In this document: positions 8,492 to 19,157 of the stretch, in pieces
Position numbering within the stretch: the first letter of the stretch is position 1
Layout: every line of letters starts with the position of its first letter
Notes under the pieces: model-generated
Database searches by the model: none
What the model was told of the DNA's origin: nothing
What the model saw: the letters and a program-made list of their open reading frames with translations, nothing else
Program-made: the position numbers and the translations under genes
NCBI GenBank assembly: GCA_028412835.1
Contig: JAONQW010000005.1
Coordinates: 7,235 to 71,234 of the forward strand
Reading direction: 5' to 3'
Source of the DNA: Candidatus Pelagibacterales bacterium
GTDB taxonomy: Bacteria > Pseudomonadota > Alphaproteobacteria > Pelagibacterales > AG-422-B15
DNA: 64,000 nt

Positions 8492-10561
8492 TTAATGCTG
8501 ACTTAAAAAAGCCAAGAGTAATAACGCAACAATATTAGTAATTTTGATCATTGGATTAATGGCAGGCCCAGCAGTATCTTTGTATGGATCTCCTACAGTA
8601 TCACCAGTAATGGCTGCTCTGTGAGCATCTGAACCTTTACCGCCAAAATTGCCATCTTCAACATATTTCTTTGCATTGTCCCATGCACCACCACCTGCAG
8701 TCATAGAGATTGCTAGAAATATTCCAGTCACAATAACCCCAAGAAGCATTGCACCTAGAGCTGAGGCTGCAGCATTTTGATCAGCTACAAAAGCAACAAT
8801 ATAATATAATACAAGTGGAGAAAAAACTGGCAGCATTGAAGGTAATATCATTTCCTTAATTGCAGCTTTTGTTAGTAAGTCAACTGACTTAGAGTAATTA
8901 GGTTTTGTTTCTCCAGTCATTATTCCTGGATTTTCTGCAAATTGTTCTCTTACTTCTTCAACAACTGCTCCACCAGCTCTTCCAACCGCCATCATGCCCA
9001 TCGAAGCAAATAAGTAAGGCAACAATCCACCGACTAATAATCCAATAACAACATATGGATTTTCAAGTGAGAAATTAGGATTAATAGTATCAATCAAATT
9101 AAGATCTTCTGTATAAGCTGCAAATAAAACAAGTGCTCCAAGCCCAGCAGAGCCAATAGCATAACCTTTAGTAACTGCTTTTGTTGTATTTCCTACAGCA
9201 TCCAACGCATCAGTAGTTTTTCTAACATTTTCATCTAAATTGGACATTTCGGCTATTCCACCAGCATTATCTGTAACGGGGCCATATGCGTCAAGAGCAA
9301 CAACCATTCCCGCTAATGAGAGCATTGCAGTTACAGAAATTGCAATACCAAATAAGCCAGCAAGTTTATAAGTAGCTATTATTCCAATAACAATTACAAG
9401 AGCTGGCAAGGCTGTTGCTTCCATTGAAACAGCAAGACCTTGAATAACATTTGTTCCATGTCCAGTTGTAGATGCCTTTGCAATACTTTGAACAGGTCTA
9501 TAGTTAGTTCCTGTATAATATTCTGTAATCCAGATGAGAAGACCAGTAATTATTAAACCAATAATTGCGCAAATATAAAGACTTTGGCCAGTAAAAGTAG
9601 CTCCAGCAACATTATATTCACTTGAAAAACCAATAACATAATTGGTTACTGGATACATAATTGCTAGAGACAATAATGCAGTTGCTATAAATCCTTTATA
9701 CAGAGCGCCCATAATATTATTAGATTTACCCAATCTTACAAAGAAGGTTCCTGCTATCGAAGCTATTAGACAACTTCCACCAATTGCCATTGGATAGAGA
9801 AGCATATCCGTATTGCCAGCAAAGAAAATTGTTGAAAGGACCATTGTTGCTACAATTGTCACTGCATAAGTTTCAAATAAATCCGCAGCCATACCAGCAC
9901 AGTCGCCAACATTGTCACCTACATTATCAGCGATAACCGCTGGATTTCTTGGATCATCCTCTGGAATTCCTGCTTCAATTTTTCCAACTAAGTCAGCTCC
10001 AACGTCAGCGCCTTTTGTAAAAATACCACCACCTAATCTTGCAAAAATAGATATTAATGAAGCGCCAAAGCCTAATGCAACTAAGGAATGTTTTAGGGTT
10101 GTTGCATCAACACCATACATGTCTAAAAAATAATAATAAACTGCTATTGAAAGAAGTGCTAAGCCCGCAACTAACATACCAGTTACTGCACCAGCTTTAA
10201 AAGCAACACTTAGTCCTTTGCTTAAACTTTCAGAAGCAGCTTGAGCAGTTCTAACATTTGCACGCACTGAAATAAGCATTCCAATATAGCCTGCTACACC
10301 AGATAAAATTGCACCAACTAAATAACCTCCAACAACCCATAGATCTCTGAACAATAAAAACATCAAAACAGCAATTACTACACCAACTATTGCTATAGTT
10401 GAATATTGCCTATTTAAATAAGCTTGAGCACCTTCTTGAATAGCAAGAGAGATTTCCTGCATTTTTTCATTACCGGCATTGCTTTTAAGAACCGAGTTTC
10501 CTGCCCAATAACCGTAAATTAGAGAGAGGATACCACTTAGAATAACAAGATTAATGATCAT
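8492..10561 (-). CDS. hppA: membrane H+-translocating pyrophosphatase, K+-independent type
   Basis: [26 protein letters not shown] (Lys = K+-independent signature), [10 protein letters not shown]. Confidence 0.96.
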   Translation of the reverse strand: MIINLVILSGILSLIYGYWAGNSVLKSNAGNEKMQEISLAIQEGAQAYLNRQYSTIAIVGVVIAVLMFLLFRDLWVVGGYLVGAILSGVAGYIGMLISVRANVRTAQAASESLSKGLSVAFKAGAVTGMLVAGLALLSIAVYYYFLDMYGVDATTLKHSLVALGFGASLISIFARLGGGIFTKGADVGADLVGKIEAGIPEDDPRNPAVIADNVGDNVGDCAGMAADLFETYAVTIVATMVLSTIFFAGNTDMLLYPMAIGGSCLIASIAGTFFVRLGKSNNIMGALYKGFIATALLSLAIMYPVTNYVIGFSSEYNVAGATFTGQSLYICAIIGLIITGLLIWITEYYTGTNYRPVQSIAKASTTGHGTNVIQGLAVSMEATALPALVIVIGIIATYKLAGLFGIAISVTAMLSLAGMVVALDAYGPVTDNAGGIAEMSNLDENVRKTTDALDAVGNTTKAVTKGYAIGSAGLGALVLFAAYTEDLNLIDTINPNFSLENPYVVIGLLVGGLLPYLFASMGMMAVGRAGGAVVEEVREQFAENPGIMTGETKPNYSKSVDLLTKAAIKEMILPSMLPVFSPLVLYYIVAFVADQNAAASALGAMLLGVIVTGIFLAISMTAGGGAWDNAKKYVEDGNFGGKGSDAHRAAITGDTVGDPYKDTAGPAINPMIKITNIVALLLLAFLSQH

Positions 10562-10684
10562 TATATTATTTACTCCTAGAGTTATAAAATTTAGCTGAAC
10601 ATGCCAAAAAATTGTTAGATAATCAATGTTTATTTTTTATTGTAAAATATGGCTTTATTTGATGAAAATATAGAGGTTTAAATT

Positions 10685-11104
10685 TTAAAAACTGTCTAAT
10701 ACTCCATTTATAAGTTTCGATTCTGTACCAGTAAAAAAAATATGAGAAATATTTAAGTATTCATTTATCACAACCTTTTTTGGAACTTTCGGACCAAATT
10801 TCATTTCATATATTGCTAATTTTAGGATTGCATGAATTAAATTATCAAGCTTATCAAGGCTTCGAGTAGCAGTTAAGTTGGTTCTAATTAATAAATCAAT
10901 TTGAGTAGAGTTATCTATGAACCCATTCAGAATTTTTTTTGCATAGTTGTAGTTTGGTTTTTTCTTTAATTCTTCAAGGCCTGGCTGATGTATTGTCTCT
11001 TGAAGAATAAAGTCTATCGAATTTTCATTGCTTAGAGCATTTATAGAAATTTGATATAGTGCCTGAACTGCTAAAAGTCTTTGTAAAGATTTAGGATCAG
11101 ACAT
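10685..11104 (-). CDS. nusB: transcription antitermination factor
   Basis: RLLAVQALYQ, ILKLAIYE, VVINEY, LINGVLD. Confidence 0.93.
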   Translation of the reverse strand: MSDPKSLQRLLAVQALYQISINALSNENSIDFILQETIHQPGLEELKKKPNYNYAKKILNGFIDNSTQIDLLIRTNLTATRSLDKLDNLIHAILKLAIYEMKFGPKVPKKVVINEYLNISHIFFTGTESKLINGVLDSF

Positions 11105-11109
11105 TTATT

Positions 11110-11529
11110 CTAAATATTATTTAACACAGAGATAATTGCATTAACAGCTTCTGCAGCCCTATTTTTAGAACCTTTAGTTCTAGCAATTGCTTGTTTCAGA
11201 TTGATACAGCTTAAAACAGCATTTCCAATAGGTTTAAGGTTAGTTATAGAAATATCTAATAGGCAACTAGTAATTGTACTTGCAATTACTTCGTTGTGAG
11301 TAGTTTGGCCTTTTATAATGCAACCAAGTGCCAAAGCACCATCATAATTTTCTTTTTTTAATTTTATGGATATTAATGTAGGAATCTCTAATGATCCTTG
11401 AACTTGGAAAATTTTAAAAGAACAATTATTTTTTTTTAGCTCCTCTTCAGCAGATTTTATCATTTTAGAAGTAATATCATCATAAAAACTTGATGCGACT
11501 ATAAGTATTTTATATTTTTTTTTAGACAT
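11110..11529 (-). CDS. ribH: 6,7-dimethyl-8-ribityllumazine synthase
   Basis: GSLEIP, ALGCIIKGQTTH; rib operon. Confidence 0.93.
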   Translation of the reverse strand: MSKKKYKILIVASSFYDDITSKMIKSAEEELKKNNCSFKIFQVQGSLEIPTLISIKLKKENYDGALALGCIIKGQTTHNEVIASTITSCLLDISITNLKPIGNAVLSCINLKQAIARTKGSKNRAAEAVNAIISVLNNI

Positions 11530-11536
11530 TAATTTA

Positions 11537-12655
11537 TTACAAATCTTTTAAAAATTTTGTTTCAACAATATTAATTCCATAAGCATCAAGTCCCACAAAT
11601 TTCCAATCAGTGTTAGTTAGTAAAATCATATCCTTAACACCTAGTTCAGATAATATTTGTGCTCCCATACCAAATATTCTTAGCTCACTTTGTTTTTGTT
11701 CCTCTATTTCTTTTGGAGATTTTTCTTTTGCTGATAAATAACTATTAATTACTGATGAACTACTATCCCTTACTAAGATCAGAACTCCTTTACCTTCCTC
11801 ATTGATAATATCAATCGTTTGTTTTAATGGCTTATTTACACTTCCAAGTTCTCCAATTAAATCGTCAAAATAACTTATGACATGAACTCTTACAATTGTC
11901 GGTTTATTATCTTCAATATCACCTTTGGACAAAACAATTTGTTCAGTTTGATCAAAAGAATTATTAAAAACTTTAATGTCAAAAACTTTGCCATCTTTTA
12001 ATGTTATTTTTTCTTCAAGAATTTTATTTATGAAAGTGTCATGCTTTCTTCTATAAGAAATTAAATCAACAATTTTTCCAATTTTAATATTATGTTTTTT
12101 ACTAAAATTTACTAAATCAGGAATTCTTGCCATTGTTCCATCATCATTCATTATTTCACATATTGTTCCAGCGGGTTCAAATCCTGCTAATCTTGCCAAA
12201 TCAACAGAGGCTTCAGTGTGTCCTGCTCTTACTAAGACCCCACCATCTCTTGCAACAAGTGGAAATACATGTCCTGGACTTGTTATATCATTTTGTCCTT
12301 TTTTTGGATCTATTGCACTCGCTATTGTTGTGGCTCGATCCTGAGCTGAAATACCAGTAGTAACTCCATCAGTTGACTCTATAGAAATTGTAAAAGCAGT
12401 TGCGTCTCTAGCTTGGTTATTTTGAGCCATAAGAGGTAGATTAAGTTTCTTAACTCTATCTGCAGTTAATGTTAGACAGATCAAACCCCTACCATGAGTT
12501 GCCATAAAATTAACAGCATCAGCATCTGCTTTTGCAGCTGGAATAATCAAATCTCCTTCATTTTCACGGTCTTCGTCATCAACCATGATTACCATCTTTC
12601 CATTTTTGAGTTCTTCAATTATTTCTTCAATTGAAGCTGTAATATTTTCATTCAT
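11537..12655 (-). CDS. ribB: DHBP synthase with degenerate GTP cyclohydrolase II-like domain (RibBX)
   Basis: DDEDRENEGD, GRGLIC, PGHVFPL, RAGHTEA; C-terminal domain lacks Zn-binding cysteines. Confidence 0.93.
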   Translation of the reverse strand: MNENITASIEEIIEELKNGKMVIMVDDEDRENEGDLIIPAAKADADAVNFMATHGRGLICLTLTADRVKKLNLPLMAQNNQARDATAFTISIESTDGVTTGISAQDRATTIASAIDPKKGQNDITSPGHVFPLVARDGGVLVRAGHTEASVDLARLAGFEPAGTICEIMNDDGTMARIPDLVNFSKKHNIKIGKIVDLISYRRKHDTFINKILEEKITLKDGKVFDIKVFNNSFDQTEQIVLSKGDIEDNKPTIVRVHVISYFDDLIGELGSVNKPLKQTIDIINEEGKGVLILVRDSSSSVINSYLSAKEKSPKEIEEQKQSELRIFGMGAQILSELGVKDMILLTNTDWKFVGLDAYGINIVETKFLKDL

Positions 12656-12668
12656 AAGTGATATTCAA

Positions 12669-13262
12669 TTATTTTTTTGAATTCGTAACATATCTTGCCA
12701 ACATATCAACTTCAATGTTAACTATATTACCTATGTCAATTTGTTTAAGATTGGTGTGTTTCCATGTATATTCGACAATATTAACATAAAAACTGTCTTT
12801 TGTTTTTTTGTTTACGGTTAATGAAATACCATTAATTGCAATGGAGCCTTTTTTGGTTACTAGTTTTTTTATACCTTTTGGTAATGAAAATTCTAATACA
12901 TACGATTTACCAACTTTTTCCATAGATCTTAATGTTGCTACAGTATCAATATGACCAAATACAAAGTGGCCACTTATTTCATCTCCAACTCTAAGTGATT
13001 TTTCTAAATTAATTAATGAGCCAACTTTTAAATTTCCAAAGTTTGTACAATTAATTGTTTCTTTGGAAACATCAAAACTTAAATCTAATGTGTTTTTGTT
13101 TTTTTTCATTTTATTAACTGTAAGACAAACACCATTACAACACACAGAACTTCCAATTTTTAGGTTTTTTTTCAAAAAAAAAGTTTGAATGATAAGTCTT
13201 TTATCACCTAGATTCTCTAACTTTTTAACATTACCAATTTGCTCTATAATACCCGAAAACAT
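12669..13262 (-). CDS. ribE: riboflavin synthase alpha chain
   Basis: MFSGII, NGVCLTV, GHFVFGHID, KGSIAINGISLTVN. Confidence 0.96.
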   Translation of the reverse strand: MFSGIIEQIGNVKKLENLGDKRLIIQTFFLKKNLKIGSSVCCNGVCLTVNKMKKNKNTLDLSFDVSKETINCTNFGNLKVGSLINLEKSLRVGDEISGHFVFGHIDTVATLRSMEKVGKSYVLEFSLPKGIKKLVTKKGSIAINGISLTVNKKTKDSFYVNIVEYTWKHTNLKQIDIGNIVNIEVDMLARYVTNSKK

Positions 13263-13265
13263 AAA

Positions 13266-14366
13266 TTACTTTCTTTCATAAACTTCAAGTGTATCTGTTT
13301 CAATTTGCATAATATCAATAAGCCTTAGCTCTTTAACTGATTTTATTTTAGAAACACTTAAATTAGATACAGCATTTAAACCATCTTTACCAATTAATTT
13401 CCCGGCTCTAAACCAATAAAGTTTATCAATTAATTTTTTGCTTATTAGTTGAGTTATTAATTCTGAACCACCTTCAATTAAAACTCTCTGAACTCCTTGC
13501 TCACCCATTTTAGATATAGCCTCATTAATATCTAGTAATTTATTTTTTTGGCTTATCGGTAGCAGGATAACATTAGAATTTTTAAATTTTTTAATAAGTT
13601 TTTTATCAATATTATTTTTATGAAAAATATAAATTTTTCTCTTTTTAGATTTAAATAGATTATGTGAAACAGGTATTTCAAGATTAGTATCCAAAACAAA
13701 AATATTTGGTGAGAATGATTGCAGGCCACCTAACCTGCAATGTAAGTCTGGGTTATCTAGAAGAACAGTATTCTTACCTATAAGCATCGCATCAGATTTT
13801 AGTCTTAGATAATGTCCATGCATTCTCGATAAGCTGTTAGTAATCCATTTGCTCTCACTGCTTATGGTAGCAATCTTAGCATCTAAAGTTGATGCAATTT
13901 TTGCAACCATTAGTGGTCTTTTTTTTAACTTAGAGTTAAAAAATATATTATTTAAATTTTGAATATCTTCATTAAATAATAATTCAGTTTTTATTTTTGA
14001 TTTTTTAAGTTTTTTAATTCCAATTCCATTCACGAGAGGATTTTTATCAATATCGCCAATATAAACTTTTTGAATACCTGATCTAATTATACTGTTTACA
14101 CATGGTTTTGTTTTTCCATAATGACTGCAGGGTTCAAGAGTACAATAAATCTCTGCACCTTTAAGCATTGATTTATCTCTAATTTGTTCAATTGCATGTA
14201 TTTCAGCGTGAGGTTTTCCACCTGGCTGAGTCCATCCCCGAGAAATAATATTATCATTTTTAACAATTATGCATCCAACTGCAGGATTGGTCGATGTAGT
14301 TCCAATTGCCCGACTTGCCATTCTATATGCAAGTTCCATGTAGAAATTTTGTTGTGAGAGAGTTAT
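13266..14366 (-). CDS. ribD: bifunctional deaminase/reductase RibD (start ATA 14366 or ATG 14339)
   Basis: NPAVGC, HAE, TLEPCSHYGKTKPC, SKWIT, IEGG. Confidence 0.93.
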   Translation of the reverse strand: MTLSQQNFYMELAYRMASRAIGTTSTNPAVGCIIVKNDNIISRGWTQPGGKPHAEIHAIEQIRDKSMLKGAEIYCTLEPCSHYGKTKPCVNSIIRSGIQKVYIGDIDKNPLVNGIGIKKLKKSKIKTELLFNEDIQNLNNIFFNSKLKKRPLMVAKIASTLDAKIATISSESKWITNSLSRMHGHYLRLKSDAMLIGKNTVLLDNPDLHCRLGGLQSFSPNIFVLDTNLEIPVSHNLFKSKKRKIYIFHKNNIDKKLIKKFKNSNVILLPISQKNKLLDINEAISKMGEQGVQRVLIEGGSELITQLISKKLIDKLYWFRAGKLIGKDGLNAVSNLSVSKIKSVKELRLIDIMQIETDTLEVYERK

Positions 14367-14369
14367 TTT

Positions 14370-14828
14370 TTACTCCTTTTTGTCGGTTATTATACCTACA
14401 AATTCTTCAAAGTCTTTTGCTTCTCTAAAATTCTTATAAACTGATGCAAATCTTACATATGCAACCGAGTCCAAACTCTGTAAGCCTTCCATAACAATTT
14501 CACCAACAATATCTGAGGTAATTTCTGTCTCACCTAAACTTTCAATTCTTCTTACAGCTCCACTAATCATTCTATCTACACGATCAGGATCAACAGGTCT
14601 TTTCCTTAGTGCAATTTGAATAGAGCGCTCCAACTTATCTCTAGTAAATGGAACCTTTTTTCCATTTTTTTTGACAACTGTAAGTTCTCTTAGTTGTATT
14701 CTTTCAAAAGTTGTAAACCTTGCTCCACAGTCTAAGCAAAACCTTCTTCTTCTTATTGCTGAGTTATCTTCGGTAGACCTAGAGTCTTTTACCTGTGTAT
14801 CCTCGTTACCGCAAAATGGACATTTCAT
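14370..14828 (-). CDS. nrdR: transcriptional repressor NrdR
   Basis: MKCPFC..DSR..IRRRR.C..C..RFTTFE, ATP cone, AYVRFASVY. Confidence 0.98.
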   Translation of the reverse strand: MKCPFCGNEDTQVKDSRSTEDNSAIRRRRFCLDCGARFTTFERIQLRELTVVKKNGKKVPFTRDKLERSIQIALRKRPVDPDRVDRMISGAVRRIESLGETEITSDIVGEIVMEGLQSLDSVAYVRFASVYKNFREAKDFEEFVGIITDKKE

Positions 14829-14840
14829 ATTTGTACCTTA

Positions 14841-16103
14841 TTAGTTATAAATTGGATATTTATTACAAAGTTCTTTTACTTGCGTCCTTACATTTTCTTC
14901 TACTTTACTATTATCACTAGGATTGTTTTGAAGACCCTCAAGAGTTTCTACTATTAAGTCACCTACCTTAATAAAATCTTCATTGTTAAATCCACGAGTT
15001 GTTGCTGCGGGTGTTCCAATCCTTATGCCTGAAGTAACTTTTGGAGGTTTTGGATCAAATGGAATGCTATTTTTATTACAAGTGATATTAGCTCTTTCTA
15101 AGCTTGACTCAGCAATATCTCCCGTAAGCCCTTTTGGAGTTAAATCTACTAATAACAAGTGGGTGTCAGTGCCTCCAGATGCTAAGTTTAAACCGTGGCC
15201 AACTAAAGTCTCTCCGAGTATTTTTGCATTTGAAATTACTTGCTGAATATATGTTTTAAATTCTGGTTTAAGCGCTTCACCAAAAGCGACTGCTTTTGCT
15301 GCAATTACATGCATTAATGGTCCGCCTTGTAATCCAGGAAAAACAGCTGAATTAAATTTCTTACCTAGATCGATATCATTAGACAGTATCATGCCTCCTC
15401 TAGGTCCTCTAATAGTCTTGTGTGTGGTTGATGTGACTACATCAGCATATTCAATTGGATTTGGATATTCACCAGCTGCAACTAAACCCGAATAATGTGC
15501 CATATCAACTAGAAGGTAGGCACCAACAAGATCAGCAACTTCCCGAAATTTTTTAAAATCAATTTTTCTGGAATAAGCACTTCCACCTGCAATTATAAGT
15601 TTTGGTTTATGTTCCTTAGCTAGTGCCTCAACTTGATCGTAATCAATTAATCCATTTTCATTAACTCCATATTGAATTGGATTAAACCACTTTCCAGATT
15701 GAGAGGGTTTTGCTCCATGAGTCAAATGGCCTCCAGCATCTAAGCTCATGCCAAGAATAGTATCATTTGGTTTTATCAAAGCTAAAAAAACTGCACCATT
15801 AGCTTGTGCTCCAGAATGTGGCTGTACATTTGCATAGTTGCAGCCATACAATTCTTTGACTCTACTTATTGCAATTTCTTCTGCAACATCAACATATTCA
15901 CAACCTCCATAATATCTTGCGCCAGGATAACCTTCAGCATATTTGTTTGTATGAATTGATCCTTGTGCCTCCAGTACTGCTTTGGAAACAATATTTTCAG
16001 ATGCTATTAATTCTATCTGGCTTTGTTGCCTGATTAACTCGTTGTTAATAGATTCTGCAATGTCTTTATCAACATCACTTAAATTACTTTTGAAAAAACT
16101 CAT
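14841..16103 (-). CDS. glyA: serine hydroxymethyltransferase
   Basis: [29 protein letters not shown]. Confidence 0.98.
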   Translation of the reverse strand: MSFFKSNLSDVDKDIAESINNELIRQQSQIELIASENIVSKAVLEAQGSIHTNKYAEGYPGARYYGGCEYVDVAEEIAISRVKELYGCNYANVQPHSGAQANGAVFLALIKPNDTILGMSLDAGGHLTHGAKPSQSGKWFNPIQYGVNENGLIDYDQVEALAKEHKPKLIIAGGSAYSRKIDFKKFREVADLVGAYLLVDMAHYSGLVAAGEYPNPIEYADVVTSTTHKTIRGPRGGMILSNDIDLGKKFNSAVFPGLQGGPLMHVIAAKAVAFGEALKPEFKTYIQQVISNAKILGETLVGHGLNLASGGTDTHLLLVDLTPKGLTGDIAESSLERANITCNKNSIPFDPKPPKVTSGIRIGTPAATTRGFNNEDFIKVGDLIVETLEGLQNNPSDNSKVEENVRTQVKELCNKYPIYN

Positions 16104-16114
16104 AAATTTTCCTT

Positions 16115-16549
16115 CTAGATTTTATTAATTCTTTTTAAATGTCGCTCACCCTCAAAGTCAGTACTTAAAAATACATCTACACATTTTATTGCTTCAGACA
16201 TATCAATAAATCTTGATCCTAAACATAAAACATTTGCATCATTATGTTGCCTTGTTACTTTTGCAACATCAGAGTTATGACATATAGCCGCACGAACATT
16301 CTTAAATCGATTTGCAGTCATCGCCATACCTTGCCCACTTCCACAAACTAAAATTCCCATAATTAAATCTTTACTATTAACTTCTTCTGCAACTTTTTTT
16401 GCGTAATCTGGATAATCAACTGAATCTAAGCAATTTGTTCCAAAATCTACGTAGCTCATATTTCTCTCAGAAAGATGCTCTATAATAATCTGTTTAAGTT
16501 CAAACCCCGCATGATCAGATCCGACCACAATTTTTACATTTGTTACCAT
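16115..16549 (-). CDS. rpiB: ribose-5-phosphate isomerase B
   Basis: [27 protein letters not shown]. Confidence 0.96.
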   Translation of the reverse strand: MVTNVKIVVGSDHAGFELKQIIIEHLSERNMSYVDFGTNCLDSVDYPDYAKKVAEEVNSKDLIMGILVCGSGQGMAMTANRFKNVRAAICHNSDVAKVTRQHNDANVLCLGSRFIDMSEAIKCVDVFLSTDFEGERHLKRINKI

Positions 16550-16618
16550 ATACGTCGCATTAATGTTATTTCAATACTAAATATTGTAAATAAAAATGTT
16601 TAATTTTCTATAAGAGGT

Positions 16619-17365
16619 TTAAATACTAATTCTTTTTTTTGCTAGCACGGTCTTAAGAAGCTCAGGGCTATCAGTCATTATGCCATCTATTCCCATATCT
16701 ATTAGCTCATTCATTTGATTAGGATCATCAATTGTCCATGCGTGCACTTTTTTATTAAACTTATGCGCATCCTGGATTAATCCTGCAGTAATAACTTTAA
16801 ATCCACTTCTGTAATAAGGTATTTGAATGCATGGTGTTGAAATATTATTAATTCCAAAAAATCTTAAAAAATAAAAATTTACTACTTCATTAGTTCCCAT
16901 ACTAGTACAGATTTTATCATCAAAGGCTTCTCTAATTTTATGAAGTTTATGAGAATCAAAAGAACCAATGCAAAATCTGTCGAAATTTCCTACTGATTTT
17001 AGTTCATTTATTAACAATTCAGCTGATCTTTGTGATTTAGGATCAATATTAAAATTAATTTCAGGCCATGAATTAACGGCCTCTAAAAAAGTAGGAATTT
17101 TATATATTCCATTAATTTTATATTTACATAATTCATCATAGTCTATTGATGCAATATCAATCTCTTTGTCTAACATGCGTTTTAGATCAGAATCATGAAA
17201 AATGACTAATTTATTATCTTTTGTTGCTTGGACATCAGTCTCAATATATTTATAACCTAAATTGATTGACTGCTCGAAGGCTTCCAAGGTATTTTCTACG
17301 AAGTCATTAGCGCCGCCCCTATGGGCGAATGCTGCAAAGTTTGAGTTTAAATAGTTAAAAGCCAT
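16619..17365 (-). CDS. glycerophosphodiester phosphodiesterase family protein
   Basis: AHRGG, ENTLEAF, IETDV, FHD, WTID, DGIMTD; start 17365 or 17380. Confidence 0.92.
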   Translation of the reverse strand: MAFNYLNSNFAAFAHRGGANDFVENTLEAFEQSINLGYKYIETDVQATKDNKLVIFHDSDLKRMLDKEIDIASIDYDELCKYKINGIYKIPTFLEAVNSWPEINFNIDPKSQRSAELLINELKSVGNFDRFCIGSFDSHKLHKIREAFDDKICTSMGTNEVVNFYFLRFFGINNISTPCIQIPYYRSGFKVITAGLIQDAHKFNKKVHAWTIDDPNQMNELIDMGIDGIMTDSPELLKTVLAKKRISI

Positions 17366-17386
17366 GATAAAAAAATACATTAGTTT

Positions 17387-18157
17387 ATGATTGAAAACCT
17401 TATAATCATTTTTTTAATAAATCTATTAGTTGTATCAACTTTATTTAGTATATCTTTGATCATAAAAAAAGCAGATATAATTGATATTTATTGGGCACCA
17501 TCATTTCTATTAAACTGTTTAATTCTTTTATTAATTAATAAAAATTCTTCCTTTCCACATTTAATTCTAATTATCATAGTGGGCATATGGTCTATAAGAC
17601 TAGGATTGTATTTGTATATCAGAAATATGGGGCATGCAGAAGATATACGGTATTCAAAGATGCGATCTAAATATGGCAATATTGGATTATTTTTAATTAA
17701 CTATTTAATCCAAGCTATTTTAATTACGATTGTATCTATTCCTCTTCAAAGTGTACTTTCTTCTATTGATATAAAATTAAATTTGATATCTTTGTTAGGT
17801 ATAGCCATTGCTCTATCTGGAATAATCATTGAGGCTTTGTCTGATAAGCAATTAAAAACTTTTAAAAAAGATCCAATAAATAATGGTAAGGTTATGAGTT
17901 TGGGTCTATGGAATTACTCTAGACATCCAAATTATTTTGGAAATAGCTTATTTTGGTGGGGTGTGACAATTTATTCATTTAGCCTTACATTTGAATTAAT
18001 AGTATTTATATCACCTATTCTAATGACTTATTTTTTATTAAAGGTTTCTGGAGTTTCTATGTTAGAAAGCCAAATCAAAAATACAAAAGAAGGTTATGAA
18101 GAATATATAAATACAACAAGTGCATTTATCATATTACCAAAGAAAAAAAATGAGTAG
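17387..18157 (+). CDS. DUF1295 / steroid 5-alpha-reductase-like membrane protein
   Basis: DIYW, WSIRLG, EDIRY, SDKQL..F, GLWNYSRHPNYFG. Confidence 0.9.
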   Translation: MIENLIIIFLINLLVVSTLFSISLIIKKADIIDIYWAPSFLLNCLILLLINKNSSFPHLILIIIVGIWSIRLGLYLYIRNMGHAEDIRYSKMRSKYGNIGLFLINYLIQAILITIVSIPLQSVLSSIDIKLNLISLLGIAIALSGIIIEALSDKQLKTFKKDPINNGKVMSLGLWNYSRHPNYFGNSLFWWGVTIYSFSLTFELIVFISPILMTYFLLKVSGVSMLESQIKNTKEGYEEYINTTSAFIILPKKKNE

Positions 18158-19157
18158 ATATTTTGAAAATTTTCCCTCTAGCCGTCCAAGAAGAAAACGA
18201 CAGTCCCAGTGGATTAGGAATCTAGTTAGTGAAAATTCACTCTCAGTTAATGATTTAATTTGGCCAATATTTATTTGCGATGGAGAAAATATAAGAGATG
18301 ATGTTGCCTCTATGCCTGGAGTACATAAATATTCAATTGATCGTTTGAATGAAGCAATTGATCAAGCTGAAGATAACAAGATTAATCTTATTGCCATCTT
18401 TCCTAATACGCCAAATGATAAAAAAGATGAAAATGGTACCGAAGCCTTGAATCAAGATAATTTAGTCTGCAAGGCTTTAAGAGAAGTTAAAAAACAAAAT
18501 TTAAATTTAGGCATTATGTGCGATGTTGCTTTAGATCCATACACCTTACATGGTCATGATGGTATATTGAACGATATTGGAAATATTTCAAATGATGAGT
18601 CTAATGAAGTTTTAGTTAAACAATCTCTTCTTCTAGCCGAACATAAGGCAGATATTATTGCCCCATCTGATATGATGGATGGTCGAATAGGGTTAATAAG
18701 AAATGCATTAGAAAGTAATGATTTTAAGGATACTCTATTATTATCTTATGCTGCAAAATATGCTTCTGGTTTTTATGGTCCTTTTAGAGATGCGGTTGGC
18801 TCAAAAAATAATCTTAAAACAGATAAAAAAACCTATCAAATGGATTATGCAAACTCAGATGAGGCATTAAGAGAGGTTGCATTAGATATTTCTGAAGGTG
18901 CTGATCTTATAATGGTTAAACCAGGAATCAGTTACCTTGATATTATTCAAAGATTAAAAAATGAATTTAATTTTCCAACTTTTGCTTATCAAGTGTCTGG
19001 TGAGTATGCCATGGTTAAAGCTGCAGCAGCAAATGGCTGGATAGATGAAGAAAAAATTGTGCTTGAACAACTTACATCATTTAAAAGGGCTGGTGCTGAT
19101 GCAATTTTAACCTATTTTGCTCTAGATATTGCAAAAAAAATTAATTCAATCAGTTAA
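18150..19157 (+). CDS. hemB: porphobilinogen synthase (Asp-rich, Zn-independent type)
   Basis: RPRR, DVALDPYT.HGHDG, APSDMMDGR, MVKPG, YQVSGEY; start moved to ATG 18150. Confidence 0.97.
   Translation: MSRYFENFPSSRPRRKRQSQWIRNLVSENSLSVNDLIWPIFICDGENIRDDVASMPGVHKYSIDRLNEAIDQAEDNKINLIAIFPNTPNDKKDENGTEALNQDNLVCKALREVKKQNLNLGIMCDVALDPYTLHGHDGILNDIGNISNDESNEVLVKQSLLLAEHKADIIAPSDMMDGRIGLIRNALESNDFKDTLLLSYAAKYASGFYGPFRDAVGSKNNLKTDKKTYQMDYANSDEALREVALDISEGADLIMVKPGISYLDIIQRLKNEFNFPTFAYQVSGEYAMVKAAAANGWIDEEKIVLEQLTSFKRAGADAILTYFALDIAKKINSIS

Noticed and set aside
16104-16114. Glycine or other riboswitch ahead of glyA or the rib genes
   Set aside because: Spacers are only a few to about 30 bp; no room for an aptamer
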